A stretch of 64,000 bases of DNA from an uncultured delta proteobacterium. GTDB taxonomy: Bacteria > Desulfobacterota > Desulfobacteria > Desulfobacterales > B30-G6. Shown here one piece after another: positions 9,241 to 19,789 of the stretch (the stretch's first letter is position 1; every line of letters starts with the position of its first letter). The DNA lies in assembly GCA_963823335.1 (NCBI GenBank), contig CAWGLD010000001.1, positions 1,120,001 through 1,184,000 on the forward strand, written 5' to 3'. Both the position numbers and the translations under genes were made by a program. The notes beneath the pieces are model-generated. The model saw only the letters and a list, made by a program, of their open reading frames with translations. It was not told the origin of the DNA and made no database searches.

Positions 9241-11028
9241 TTATTTGATGATCGGCTTGACCTTCAGATAGAGCTCATCCAGTTGTTTTTTGCCGGCATT
9301 AGAAGGCGCGCCGGTAAGGAGACATGCTGCGCGCTGGGTTTTGGGAAAAGCGATAATGTCCCTTATGGAGGGCTGGCCGCACATGAGCATGACCAGGCGG
9401 TCAAACCCGAAGGCGATGCCGCCATGCGGCGGAGCACCGGATTCCAGGGCTGAAATCAGGAACCCGAATTTTTCTTGGTAGGTTTCTGGTGTCAGGCCCA
9501 GGGCATTGAAGACCTGTTCCTGGATTTCTTTCTGGTGGATACGGATACTGCCACCGCCGATTTCGAACCCGTTCAGTACCAGGTCGTAGGCCCGGGAGCG
9601 GACATTGAGGGGGTCTGTTTCGAGCTTGTCATAATCCACTTCAAAGGGCGCGGTGAAGGGGTGGTGCAGGGCCTGGTATCGTTTTTCGGTATCGTCGTAT
9701 TCCATCAGGGGAAACTGTGTTACCCACACAAAATTATGTGTATTGTCCTCGATGAGATTCAATCGTTTTCCCAGATGGTTCCGAAGGTGACCCAATGCTT
9801 CGTTGGTAATCTTTGGCTGATCCGCTACAAAGAAAACCAGGTCGCCTGTTTCCATGCCGATACGCTCTTTCATGGTTGCTTTTTCTTCTTCGCTGAAAAA
9901 TTTGGTGATGGGTGATTGCCATTCGTTTTCCCGAACCTTTATCCAGGCCAGACCCTTGGCCTTGTAGATGGATACCAGATCTGTCAGGTCATCGATTTCC
10001 TTACGCGAAAAATCGAGGCAGCCCTTGGCATTCAACGCCTTGACCAGGCCGCCGTTTTTCACGACGGATGAGAAGACCTTGAAGCCTGAATTCTCGACGA
10101 TATCTGAAAGGTCCACCAGTTCCAGACCGAAGCGGGTGTCTGGCTTGTCAAGGCCGTAGCGCCCGACCGCTTCGTCATAGGTCAGCCTGTTGAAAGGTGC
10201 GTCCAGGGTGATGTCCAGCACATCCTTATACAGTGCCTGGATCATGCCTTCGCTCAGGGCCATGATATCTTCTTCTCCAACAAAGGACATTTCGATATCG
10301 ATCTGGGTAAACTCAGGCTGCCGGTCGGCCCTTAAGTCTTCATCCCGGAAACAGCGAACAATCTGGTAATATCGATCAAACCCGGAGATCATGAGCAGTT
10401 GCTTGAATAACTGCGGTGACTGGGGCAATGCATAAAACTGACCTGGATTTACCCTGCTGGGCACCAGGTAGTCCCGGGCGCCTTCGGGCGTGCTGCGGGT
10501 CAGGCATGGCGTCTCGATGTCGATAAAGCCATGGGTATTCAAAAAGGTTCTGACGGACGATGCAGCCCGATGCCTCAGGATGATATTCTGCTGCAGTTGC
10601 GGCCGCCTCAAATCAAGATGACGGTAGGTGAGGCGCAGGCTTTCGGAGACATCCACGGTATCTTCGATTAAAAATGGTGGTGTTACAGCCGCATTTAAAA
10701 TTCTAAGCTCGGTTACCAGAACTTCGATAGCGCCGGTGGCTAGATTCGGGTTGATCATCCCCTCCGGGCGGCTTTCGACGGTTCCCCTTACCGCGATGAC
10801 GAATTCACTTCTGATGACATGTGCCTTTGAATGAACTGCTTTGTCGACTTCGGGATTGAACACCACCTGGGTAATACCTTCCCTGTCCCGCAGATCCACA
10901 AAAATGACGCCACCATGATCCCTGCGGCGCTGTACCCAGCCCATCAGGATGACTTCGGTTCCCATATCGGTTTTCCCCAAAGCACAACAGCTATGGGTTC
11001 TTCTCATTGATTCAAGATTGTCGGGCAA
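9241..11028 (-). CDS. aspS: Aspartate--tRNA ligase (likely non-discriminating Asp/Asn type)
   Basis: [50 protein letters not shown]. Confidence 0.98.
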   Translation of the reverse strand: MPDNLESMRRTHSCCALGKTDMGTEVILMGWVQRRRDHGGVIFVDLRDREGITQVVFNPEVDKAVHSKAHVIRSEFVIAVRGTVESRPEGMINPNLATGAIEVLVTELRILNAAVTPPFLIEDTVDVSESLRLTYRHLDLRRPQLQQNIILRHRAASSVRTFLNTHGFIDIETPCLTRSTPEGARDYLVPSRVNPGQFYALPQSPQLFKQLLMISGFDRYYQIVRCFRDEDLRADRQPEFTQIDIEMSFVGEEDIMALSEGMIQALYKDVLDITLDAPFNRLTYDEAVGRYGLDKPDTRFGLELVDLSDIVENSGFKVFSSVVKNGGLVKALNAKGCLDFSRKEIDDLTDLVSIYKAKGLAWIKVRENEWQSPITKFFSEEEKATMKERIGMETGDLVFFVADQPKITNEALGHLRNHLGKRLNLIEDNTHNFVWVTQFPLMEYDDTEKRYQALHHPFTAPFEVDYDKLETDPLNVRSRAYDLVLNGFEIGGGSIRIHQKEIQEQVFNALGLTPETYQEKFGFLISALESGAPPHGGIAFGFDRLVMLMCGQPSIRDIIAFPKTQRAACLLTGAPSNAGKKQLDELYLKVKPIIK

Positions 11029-11055
11029 TTCTCAAACTCCTTTATTTAGATCGTT

Positions 11056-12321
11056 TCACGATTGTATTCGTTTTGAAATGCTTTCCACCAGCCGATTCAG
11101 GGGGACGTCCTCTTGGTCCTTGGTGGACATGTTTCGGAGAAGGGCAAACCCGTTTTCAAGTTCATTGTCTCCCAGCATCAATACATACGGGGCGCCGAGT
11201 CTGCCTGCGCGCTTCATCTGACTTTTTAGACTCCTGTCCTGAAAGTCCATCTCAGTATAGAAACCTTTGGCGCTCAATTCACAGACCCAGCCAAATGCCA
11301 GGGTCTGACTCTTTTCTCCCATGGCGGCAATATAAAGATCCGGTTTTCGCATGAGATCAGCCCCGCTGACCTCTACGATCTCGGCCAGCCGGTCGAATCC
11401 AATGGCAAATCCTGTAGCCGGGATGTCCGGGCCACCCAACATCTGGACAAGGGCATCGTATCTGCCACCGCCGGCCACTGCGCTCTGGGCACCCAGGGAG
11501 CGGGTCTGGATTTCAAACGTCGCGCGGGTGTAATAGTCGAGCCCCCGGACCAGGCGTTTGTCCAGCACAAAAGGTACCTTCAGCCGATCCAGTGCCGATT
11601 GCAACAGCGCGAATTCACGATCGCATACATCGCAGAGACATGCCAGTATGGAAGGGGCGTCCGTCATGGCTTCCCGACAAGTGGGAACCTTACAATCCAG
11701 CACGCGCAAGGGGTTGCGGTCTTTACGGCGTGTGCAGTCAGCGCAAAGCCTCTCGGATACAGATGCGATATGTTCCTGAAGCCGGACTTTGAAGCCGGGG
11801 CGGCACTGCGGGCAACCCAGCGAGTTTATGCGCGCCTCCACGTCCTTTACCGCCAGCCTTTCACATAAAGTTTTTAGAAGAAAAATCAGCTCTGCATCCG
11901 CAAGCGCCGATGAAACACCGAAAATTTCCACATTTATCTGATAAAACTGCCGGTAGCGACCCTTTTGAGGCCGTTCCCTTCGAAACATGGGACCGATGGT
12001 GTAAAATTTCTTGACAGGGTCATCGGCAAACATCTTGTGCTGTATATACGACCGGCAGATCGCTGCGGTGGCTTCAGGACGCAGGGTGACAAGGTCTCCT
12101 TTTCGATCGGAAAAGGTGTACATTTCTTTTTCCACGATATCCGTGTCTTCCCCGATACTGCGTGCAAAAAGTTCCGTGCGTTCCATGATGGGTGTGCGGA
12201 TTTCCCTGAATCCGAAATCCTCGAACAGCAACCGGGCAACCTTCTCGATCTGCTGCCAGGTTTCGACCTCACCGGGAAGGATGTCCTTGAAACCTCTGAT
12301 TAATTGAATCATTCTGTTCAC
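11056..12321 (-). CDS. hisS: Histidine--tRNA ligase
   Basis: LRPEAT, ERPQKGRYRQF, LVRGLDYY, GGGRYD. Confidence 0.98.
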   Translation of the reverse strand: MNRMIQLIRGFKDILPGEVETWQQIEKVARLLFEDFGFREIRTPIMERTELFARSIGEDTDIVEKEMYTFSDRKGDLVTLRPEATAAICRSYIQHKMFADDPVKKFYTIGPMFRRERPQKGRYRQFYQINVEIFGVSSALADAELIFLLKTLCERLAVKDVEARINSLGCPQCRPGFKVRLQEHIASVSERLCADCTRRKDRNPLRVLDCKVPTCREAMTDAPSILACLCDVCDREFALLQSALDRLKVPFVLDKRLVRGLDYYTRATFEIQTRSLGAQSAVAGGGRYDALVQMLGGPDIPATGFAIGFDRLAEIVEVSGADLMRKPDLYIAAMGEKSQTLAFGWVCELSAKGFYTEMDFQDRSLKSQMKRAGRLGAPYVLMLGDNELENGFALLRNMSTKDQEDVPLNRLVESISKRIQS

Positions 12322-12353
12322 TCACAAGTCGTTACAATTAGCATAAACTATTA

Positions 12354-12382
12354 TAGTTATGATGATTGCTTTTTTTAGTCAA
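12354..12382 (-). promoter_or_regulatory. Possible sigma70 promoter for hisS-aspS
   Basis: Minus strand TTGACT-17 bp-TAACTA. Confidence 0.4.
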
Positions 12383-12427
12383 CAGGAATATTTTCTGTGG
12401 CCGGTTATCGCAGAAACACCCGTTTTG

Positions 12428-12456
12428 TTGACAAGATTTTTAAGTTCCGCTAATTA
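12428..12456 (+). promoter_or_regulatory. Possible sigma70 promoter for epmA
   Basis: TTGACA-17 bp-TAATTA. Confidence 0.45.
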
Positions 12457-12507
12457 TGTCGGCAGGTTAATTTCGCATTAATTCATCCGACTTGAGGGGT
12501 TCTTCAA

Positions 12508-13446
12508 ATGAAAGAACATGTCACTGTGCCACACTTTCATTTATCTAATAAAAAAAAGAACCTTGAGCTCCGGGCTGCCATCATGACGGCCGTGCGGCGC
12601 TACTTTAGGTTAAAAGGCTATCTTGAGGTTGAAACGCCAAACCGGATACCGGCTCCGGCGCCTGAAGCCAACATCGAGGCCCAGCCAAGCGGGTCCTGGT
12701 TTTTGCAAACATCGCCTGAGCTGTGCATGAAACGTCTTCTGGCCGCCGGCTTTGAACGGATTTTTCAGATCTGCAAATGTTACCGAAAAGATGAACGGGG
12801 GCGGCTGCACCTGCCCGAGATGACAATGCTGGAGTGGTATACTACGGGACACGATTACCTGGACATGATGCAGCAATGCGAAGACCTCATCACCACTGTG
12901 GCGCAATCCATTGATCATGGAAAGGGAATTCACTATCAAGGGCGGTGGATTGATCTTACAAAACCCTGGGCCCGGATGACTGTGGATCAAGCCTTTGAGA
13001 AGTTTTCGTCGGAATCCCTGGATACCGCCATCCGGAACGGGCATTTTGATGAGATCGTCGGTTGTGACATCGCTCCTAACCTGGGGTGGGTAAAACCGGT
13101 TTTTTTGTATGATTATCCTGCGGAGCTGGGCTCACTTGCCCGGTTGAAACCGGGGAACAAAAGCGTGGCGGAACGTTTTGAGCTATATATCGCGGGTATC
13201 GAAATCTGCAATGCCTTTTCCGAACTGACAGACCCGGACGAGCAGCGAAGACGATTCGAAACAGAAATGACCCATCGCCGGGCATCAGGCAAGACCTCAT
13301 ATCCTCTATCGGAGACCTTTTTGCAGGCCCTGGACGACATGCCGGATGCTGCCGGAAATGCACTCGGCATGGACCGGTTGATCATGCTCTTTGCGGATAC
13401 GTCAGAAATCGAGGCAGTGGTGGCATTTACACCTGAAGTCAGTTAA
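12508..13446 (+). CDS. epmA: EF-P lysine aminoacylase EpmA (GenX/PoxA)
   Basis: LysRS catalytic domain without anticodon domain: LQTSPELCMKRLLA, HLPEMTMLEWY, AERFELY, ELTDPDEQ, ALGMDRL. Confidence 0.93.
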   Translation: MKEHVTVPHFHLSNKKKNLELRAAIMTAVRRYFRLKGYLEVETPNRIPAPAPEANIEAQPSGSWFLQTSPELCMKRLLAAGFERIFQICKCYRKDERGRLHLPEMTMLEWYTTGHDYLDMMQQCEDLITTVAQSIDHGKGIHYQGRWIDLTKPWARMTVDQAFEKFSSESLDTAIRNGHFDEIVGCDIAPNLGWVKPVFLYDYPAELGSLARLKPGNKSVAERFELYIAGIEICNAFSELTDPDEQRRRFETEMTHRRASGKTSYPLSETFLQALDDMPDAAGNALGMDRLIMLFADTSEIEAVVAFTPEVS

Positions 13447-13456
13447 CCCGAATATT

Positions 13457-14653
13457 TCATATGATATTTTCCTGTGTTCTGCGCCGCTTTCCGGGCCTGG
13501 TGAGGGTAAAGAAAGTCAGAACCCCGGCCAAGCTGATAACTGCCCCAAGGGAAAACGCGTCCCGCAAGTCGGTCATGTCCATTATCAGTCCGGCAAAGGA
13601 AGAGCCAATCAACATTCCCAGGCTGTGGGCCATGGTCATCAGCCCCATGAGAGATCCCATGGCGTCGGATTGATTACCCTTGAAAACCGCAATGGCCATG
13701 TGGGCCGGCATGGAGACACCTCCGCCGAGACCGAAGAATATACTTGCGACAACCAGATCGGTCAGGGAACTGGAACAAGCAAAATATATCATCCCGACGG
13801 CCACCAGCAGACCGCCGAAAACAATCATCATTCGACGGCTGATGTGGTCGGCCACATAGCCCATGGGCAGGTGGATGATGCCGCTGATGAAGACGCCCAG
13901 CATGACCAGAAAGCCGATGTTTGAACTCGAAAGAGCAAAGCGGGTGTCTGCAAACACCGGCAAAAACCCCCAGATGATACCGATGCAGGCGGTGTAATTC
14001 AATCGGAAACAGAAAAGCCCGATGATTTCCCGGTCCTGCAGCAGCACTTTCCATGGCAGGGGCGTGCGGCGTTTCTGCATGATTTTCTCCTCATGACTGG
14101 GCGGTAAAAAGGAGAGGCTCAAGAAAAAACCCACCAGGGATAGAATTCCCATACTCAAGAACGAGGCATCGAGGCCCCAGTAATCTTTAATGCCCCCACC
14201 GAGAACGGGGCCAAGGCTCAACCCGAAGAAAATGGACATATTGAAGAACCCCATGGTAAACCCCTCCCGTCCCTGGGGCGTGATATCTCCAACATAGGCC
14301 TGTATGGCAGGCATCATCATGGAAGAGGCAATTCCCTGAAAAAAACGTATGAGTACAAGGGAAGTGACATTTTGGGCCAGCATGAACGCCAGAGAAAGGC
14401 AGGCATAGGAGAACAGACCGGTGACGATGAGACGTTTACGACCTTTTCTGTCAGAAAGTCGTCCAAAATAAGGCAGGAAGAAGGTTCGTGACATGGCAAA
14501 GGACCCGAAAATGAATCCGATGGCCATCCCGCTGGCGCCAAGGTCATGGGCATAAACCGGCAACAGCGGTACAACGATGCCGACACCCGTGACGGTGACA
14601 AAAATGGAAAAAAAAAGGGTGCCGAATATTTTTTTGTCGATACTGGATGTCAT
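13457..14653 (-). CDS. MFS transporter (TetA/DHA1-like)
   Basis: Motif A GRLSDRKGRK, GPVLGG; start placed at ATG 14653 overlapping the PMM stop (ATGA). Confidence 0.9.
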   Translation of the reverse strand: MTSSIDKKIFGTLFFSIFVTVTGVGIVVPLLPVYAHDLGASGMAIGFIFGSFAMSRTFFLPYFGRLSDRKGRKRLIVTGLFSYACLSLAFMLAQNVTSLVLIRFFQGIASSMMMPAIQAYVGDITPQGREGFTMGFFNMSIFFGLSLGPVLGGGIKDYWGLDASFLSMGILSLVGFFLSLSFLPPSHEEKIMQKRRTPLPWKVLLQDREIIGLFCFRLNYTACIGIIWGFLPVFADTRFALSSSNIGFLVMLGVFISGIIHLPMGYVADHISRRMMIVFGGLLVAVGMIYFACSSSLTDLVVASIFFGLGGGVSMPAHMAIAVFKGNQSDAMGSLMGLMTMAHSLGMLIGSSFAGLIMDMTDLRDAFSLGAVISLAGVLTFFTLTRPGKRRRTQENII

Positions 14654-16008
14654 TGAATTTGTTTCTGGATATCCCTCAGGACGGTTTCCACAAGTTCCCG
14701 AATTTCCTGAAGCCTGTTTTCCGTCATGGCCTCGAAGCGCAGGACCAGGGCGGGTTGTGTGTTGGAGGCTCGGACGAGCCCCCAACCATCTGGAAACAAA
14801 ACACGCACACCGTCAATGTCGATGACATCGTGGCGTTCTTTGAAATAGGCGGTTACCTTGTCCACCACCGCAAACTTGATATGATCGGGACATTCGACAC
14901 GGATTTCAGGTGTGGAAACAGTTTTCGGGACATCGGCCAGCAGATCGGAGATCTTTTTGCCGGTGTCGGCCAGGATTTCAAGGAGCCGGCAGGAAGCATA
15001 GACCGCATCGTCAAAACCGAAATACCGGTCGCTAAAAAAGATGTGTCCGCTCATCTCCCCGGCCAGTTCTGCTTTTTCCATTTTCATTTTCTGCTTGATC
15101 AGGGAGTGGCCTGTTTTCCACATGATGGCCCTGCCGCCGTTTTTTTCGATATCGTCATACAGTGTCTTGGAGCATTTGACCTCGGAAATGAACGTGGCGC
15201 CAGGTTTGCGGGACAAAATTTCCCGGGAAAAAATAATCATCAACTTATCCCCATAGATAAGATTTCCATCGGCATCCACGACACCGATCCGATCTCCGTC
15301 ACCATCATAACCAAAACCGATATCCAGCTTTTTTTCTTTGACCAGGGCGATGAGTTCCTGCATGTTTTTGAGCACCGTGGGATCTGCCTCGTGGTTGGGA
15401 AAAGATCCGTCGGGGTCACAATACAGATCGTGTACCTCACAACCCAGGGTTTTTAAAATCGGGACGGCCGTGATGCCTGCAGTGCCATTGCCTGCATCGA
15501 CCCCTACCCTGAGAGAACGGGTCAGGGTGATATTGTTCAGCAGATAGTCTTTGTAGGGTGTCAGGATGTCAAAGGTTCCGACAATACCGGTGCCGGTTTC
15601 AAAATCCTCCTCCTGGATGATCTTAAGAATTTCTTGTATCTGGTCACCAAACACCGAGTCGACACCGCTACAAATTTTGAACCCGTTGTATTCAGGAGGA
15701 TTATGACTGGCAGTTACCATGACGTTGCCCTGTTTATCTAAATGGCGGATGGAAAAATAGCCCACGGGTGTCGAGCAGACACCGATGTCTACTACATGGC
15801 ATCCGGTGCTCAGCAGTCCCTGGATCAGTTTCTCAGAATATTGATCCGATGTTACCCGGCAGTCCCGTCCTACCGTGATGTCGGTATTGCCCTGCCGTCC
15901 AAGATACGTGCCGATGCCTTTGCCGATGAGCACGACATCCGATGTATCCATATCTTTGCCGGCAATACCCCTGATGTCGTATTCTCTGAACATATTAGGA
16001 TTTAACAT
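14650..16008 (-). CDS. Phosphomannomutase/phosphoglucomutase (AlgC-like)
   Basis: FREYDIRG, TASHNP, DGDGDR, GEMSGH, RASNTQP. Confidence 0.96.
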   Translation of the reverse strand: MLNPNMFREYDIRGIAGKDMDTSDVVLIGKGIGTYLGRQGNTDITVGRDCRVTSDQYSEKLIQGLLSTGCHVVDIGVCSTPVGYFSIRHLDKQGNVMVTASHNPPEYNGFKICSGVDSVFGDQIQEILKIIQEEDFETGTGIVGTFDILTPYKDYLLNNITLTRSLRVGVDAGNGTAGITAVPILKTLGCEVHDLYCDPDGSFPNHEADPTVLKNMQELIALVKEKKLDIGFGYDGDGDRIGVVDADGNLIYGDKLMIIFSREILSRKPGATFISEVKCSKTLYDDIEKNGGRAIMWKTGHSLIKQKMKMEKAELAGEMSGHIFFSDRYFGFDDAVYASCRLLEILADTGKKISDLLADVPKTVSTPEIRVECPDHIKFAVVDKVTAYFKERHDVIDIDGVRVLFPDGWGLVRASNTQPALVLRFEAMTENRLQEIRELVETVLRDIQKQIQ

Positions 16009-16225
16009 ATTGTTTTCCTTTCAAAATTGTTCGAATCATTTGAATTTTCGTTTCCTGGACAACATGGTATCGAAAAGCGCTTACACCTGTCAATCGCCAA
16101 ATAAAATCGTTGCCGGATTTATAAAATGAGACTTTCGGATATCCTGGTGTCTATCGGCTTGACAGGCAACGGCCTGGCTTTTATACTCATCCCTCTTTAA
16201 CCTCAATATAATTTTACACGCTGCT

Positions 16226-17191
16226 TTGCCCATGAAAGTAGATCGAAAATATTCATGCCTTTTCATGTTGGTTCTTGGGGGTGTCTTCTTTGGGCTGGTT
16301 TTCCCTGTGTTTGCAGCGGTTCCAGCGGACGAGCCAAAACAACTGACCACCACCCAGGCTGTCATTCTTGGTGTCGTGGAAGGATTGACCGAATATCTGC
16401 CAATCAGTTCCACGGGTCATCTGCTGATAACCAAGGATCTTCTCGGTATGAATACCACAGGATCCGATATCGTGCAGCAGACGACGGAAACGGATGCCAT
16501 CAATGCCTATCTCGTATGCATCCAGTTCGGCGCAATCCTGGCTATTCTTGCTGTATGCGCTCACCGATTCAAGAAAATTTTGAAAGGACTGTTTCAGGGG
16601 GATAACGAAGGCAGACGATTGCTGACCCATCTGATCCTGGCGCTGTTGCCGGCGGTGGGCATCGGACTGCTCCTGGAAAGCTCTATCAAGAAGTTCCTTT
16701 TTGGCACCTATCCTGTTATTGTGGCCTGGTTTGTCGGTGGCGTGGCCATTCTGTTCATCTCGTTTCATTTCAAAAACCGACACAGAGACCTTCATCAGGG
16801 AAAAGAGATCGAGGACATGAATCCGAAGATGGCCATTTTTATCGGCCTTGTCCAGTGCCTGGCCATGTGGCCCGGCGTTAGCCGTAGTCTGGCAACCATT
16901 CTGGGTGGCCTGTTTCTGGGTCTATCCATGAAGGCAACGGTGGAATTCAGCTTTCTGCTGGGTGCCGTCACCTTAACTGCCGCTACGGCTTATGATGTTC
17001 TCAAACACGGCCGTGACATGCTGGCGGTTCTCGATATCCATTCCATGTTTCTGGGACTGGTGTTCGCTTTTGTGGCGGCGGTTTTGTCCGTAAAATGGAT
17101 GATCCACTATTTGAATAAATATGGTCTCGAAATTTTTGGATATTACCGGATTGTTCTGGCGCTTGCAACTGCGTGGTTCTACCTAAAGTGA
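16226..17191 (+). CDS. uppP: Undecaprenyl-diphosphate phosphatase
   Basis: GVVEGLTEYLPISSTGHL, IQFGAILA, PGVSRS. Confidence 0.95.
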   Translation: MPMKVDRKYSCLFMLVLGGVFFGLVFPVFAAVPADEPKQLTTTQAVILGVVEGLTEYLPISSTGHLLITKDLLGMNTTGSDIVQQTTETDAINAYLVCIQFGAILAILAVCAHRFKKILKGLFQGDNEGRRLLTHLILALLPAVGIGLLLESSIKKFLFGTYPVIVAWFVGGVAILFISFHFKNRHRDLHQGKEIEDMNPKMAIFIGLVQCLAMWPGVSRSLATILGGLFLGLSMKATVEFSFLLGAVTLTAATAYDVLKHGRDMLAVLDIHSMFLGLVFAFVAAVLSVKWMIHYLNKYGLEIFGYYRIVLALATAWFYLK

Positions 17192-17241
17192 GCGTTTCAA
17201 ATTTTAAGAATGTCGAAGTTTGCATAGCTATTTAGGAGAAT

Positions 17242-17982
17242 ATGGTGAATACGACCATTGAGACCATGCGATCACATCGGTCTGTCCGAAAATTTAAGGA
17301 CAAGGCAATTTCCGATGAGATGCTTGAAACCATCCTGAGCTCGGCGCAATGCGCAGCTACTTCCAATTTTGTCCAGGCCTACACGATTATTCGTGTCGAT
17401 GATAAACAGAACAGACAGGCTATTGCAAAACTTAGCGGATCCCAGCAGTGGATAATTGATGCGCCGGTATTTCTTGTTTTTCTTGCAGATTTAAACCGTC
17501 TGGAAGCAGCCTGCCGGAAACATGGAAAGGAAATGGCCGACGGATACATGGAGCAGTTTATCGTCGCGACGGTTGACACAGCCCTGATCGGTCAAAACAC
17601 CCTGCTGGCAGCAGAGTCCATGGGTTTGGGAGGCCTTTTTATCGGGGCCATTCGCAACAACCCCAAGAAGATCTGCGACATGCTGGATATACCTGAACAC
17701 GCCTATCCAGTTTTCGGGATGTGTCTGGGATACCCGGATGATCTGCCGCCGGTAAAACCGCGCTTGCCGCTTGAGGGGATTTTTAAGAAGGAAACATACC
17801 AGGCGGATGGAGGTGAGGCTGTCCTGGAAGCCTATGATGAAACGACCCGGGCGTATTACATGTCACGGGACAGCAACTTAAAAGATGAGACCTGGAGCCA
17901 GCAGATGGCCGGGTTCATGAGTAAGATTGTCCGGCCGCATATGAAAGCATTCATCGCCTCAAAGGGTTTTTGTATCCGTTAA
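17242..17982 (+). CDS. nfsA: Oxygen-insensitive NADPH nitroreductase/flavin reductase (NfsA/Frp family)
   Basis: HRSVRKF, AATSNFVQAY, IGAIRN, KPRLP. Confidence 0.88.
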   Translation: MVNTTIETMRSHRSVRKFKDKAISDEMLETILSSAQCAATSNFVQAYTIIRVDDKQNRQAIAKLSGSQQWIIDAPVFLVFLADLNRLEAACRKHGKEMADGYMEQFIVATVDTALIGQNTLLAAESMGLGGLFIGAIRNNPKKICDMLDIPEHAYPVFGMCLGYPDDLPPVKPRLPLEGIFKKETYQADGGEAVLEAYDETTRAYYMSRDSNLKDETWSQQMAGFMSKIVRPHMKAFIASKGFCIR

Positions 17983-17996
17983 CCAAAATTGTTCAA

Positions 17997-18144
17997 TAAA
18001 AGTGGTTTCAAAACCTTCAATCGGGTCCAAGATCAAGGCGAGGCGAATTGTTTAACCGCAAGAATACACTTAGTATTTTGAGGATTAAACGATTCGCCTT
18101 AACACAGAAATTGGGCTCGAGAGGAGATTTTGAAACCACTTTTA
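17997..18144. mobile_element. MITE-like palindromic element, 148 bp, with 17-bp perfect terminal inverted repeats
   Basis: TAAAAGTGGTTTCAAAA ... TTTTGAAACCACTTTTA, with nested internal stems. Confidence 0.7.
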
Positions 18145-19587
18145 GCCTTTTACTACCGCCATGGGTTTAAGCCTGGCTACCTTCCTGGAGATACCGGCAC
18201 TGTGAACGACCCCTACGACTTTTGATATATCCTTGTAGGCATCCGGCATCTCTTCGGCCAGGGTCGACCGTCCGGTCCACCGAACCATGATGCCCTTGTC
18301 CGCCAATTCCCGCTGGATCGATCTCCCCTTGCTCAGCCTTTTGGCGGCGGTTCTGCTCAATACCCTTCCTGCGCCATGACAGGTGGAGCCAAAAGTTTCC
18401 GCCATAGCTGTTTCCGTACCAACCAGAACATAGGATGCCGTGCCCATGTCACCAGGCACCAGGATGGGCTGGCCCGTGGAAAGATGGGTGTTGCAAAGCG
18501 CTTCGTGATTCGGTGGGAAAGCTCGTGTGGCCCCCTTTCGATGCACGCAAAGAATCCTTTTTTCTCCTTCCACCATATGGGTTTCTTTTTTGGCGATGTT
18601 GTGACTGACATCATAGACCAGATTCATGTCGAGGTCTTTCGGACCGATGCCCAGGGCATGTTGGAACACTTCCCGGCAGAGATGCATCAATATCTGGCGA
18701 TTGGCCCAGGCATAGTTGGCTGCACAGGCCATGGCATTAAAATATCGCTGCCCCTGCTCTGATTGAATCATGGCACAGGCCAGCTGCCTGTCTGGTAGGT
18801 CTATTCCGAGTCGATTTACATGCTGGTTCATCTGCTTTATGTAATCGTCGCAAACCTGATAGCCGAAACCTCTGGAACCGGAGTGAAGCATCAACGTCAC
18901 CTGGCCCTCAAAGAGCCCAAAGACTTGTGCAACTTCTGCATCGAACACCTTGTCCACAAGACCGACTTCCAAAAAATGGTTGCCGGATCCGAGGGTGCCG
19001 AGCTGCTTTCTTCCTCTTTCCAATGCCCGAGGACTGATGATATCCGGATCCGCGTTTGTCATACAACCGGCATCTTCAGTGTGCGCAAGATCTCTGTTTT
19101 CTCCAAATCCCCGGCGAACAGCCCATTGGCTGCCCTCACTGAGAACCTGTTTTTCTTCCTTTACCGAAAGCCTGACCGGCCCGGTGGAACCCAGCCCCGA
19201 GGGTATCTGCCGGTATAGCTCTGTTACAAGAGTTTCAAGCCGGGGCCGGACATCAGTTTCTTCCAGTGCCGTGGTCACCAGGCGAACACCACAGTTGATG
19301 TCGTAACCAACACCGCCGGGAGATATCACGCCCGTATCCCAGTCGAAAGCGGCCACGCCACCGATGGGAAACCCATACCCCCAATGCATATCTGGCATGA
19401 CCAGGGAGCCTTTTACGATCCCGGGCAGCGTGGCGACATTGGCGACTTGCTTCAAAGGTTCATTGTGCTCCTTGCCTTGGAGCATGTCGCGTTCGGCATA
19501 GATGATTCCAGGAACACGCATTTTTCCGGTTTTCGGAAGCTCCCATTTGTATGGAGTAATTTCTCTTAATTCCATTTTTCCCATCAT
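18142..19587 (-). CDS. rtcB: RtcB RNA 2',3'-cyclic phosphate/3'-phosphate 5'-OH ligase (long, archease-associated type)
   Basis: MPDMHWGYGFPIG, DINCG, GNHFLE, HSGSRG, HNIAK, HRKGAT, STCHGAGR. Confidence 0.96.
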   Translation of the reverse strand: MMGKMELREITPYKWELPKTGKMRVPGIIYAERDMLQGKEHNEPLKQVANVATLPGIVKGSLVMPDMHWGYGFPIGGVAAFDWDTGVISPGGVGYDINCGVRLVTTALEETDVRPRLETLVTELYRQIPSGLGSTGPVRLSVKEEKQVLSEGSQWAVRRGFGENRDLAHTEDAGCMTNADPDIISPRALERGRKQLGTLGSGNHFLEVGLVDKVFDAEVAQVFGLFEGQVTLMLHSGSRGFGYQVCDDYIKQMNQHVNRLGIDLPDRQLACAMIQSEQGQRYFNAMACAANYAWANRQILMHLCREVFQHALGIGPKDLDMNLVYDVSHNIAKKETHMVEGEKRILCVHRKGATRAFPPNHEALCNTHLSTGQPILVPGDMGTASYVLVGTETAMAETFGSTCHGAGRVLSRTAAKRLSKGRSIQRELADKGIMVRWTGRSTLAEEMPDAYKDISKVVGVVHSAGISRKVARLKPMAVVKG

Positions 19588-19789
19588 CGTGTTGAAGTCA
19601 AATAAAGCTATTCATAAAAACGACCCTGTCGAGTTTGATAAAATCGCAAATACAAGTTTTCAGGTCCATGATAAATTAGTTTGCGTATGTATAAAATGGA
19701 TTTTATAATGTTTTAGCGTAAGAAACCAGGATCCTCAAGCTTAATTCTCTGGATCATGGGATCCTATTCAAAAAATAAAAGGAAAGACC

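Noticed and set aside
14654-14785. N-terminal extension of the MFS ORF
   Set aside because: Overlaps the PMM/PGM coding sequence; ATG 14653 with ATGA coupling is the better start.
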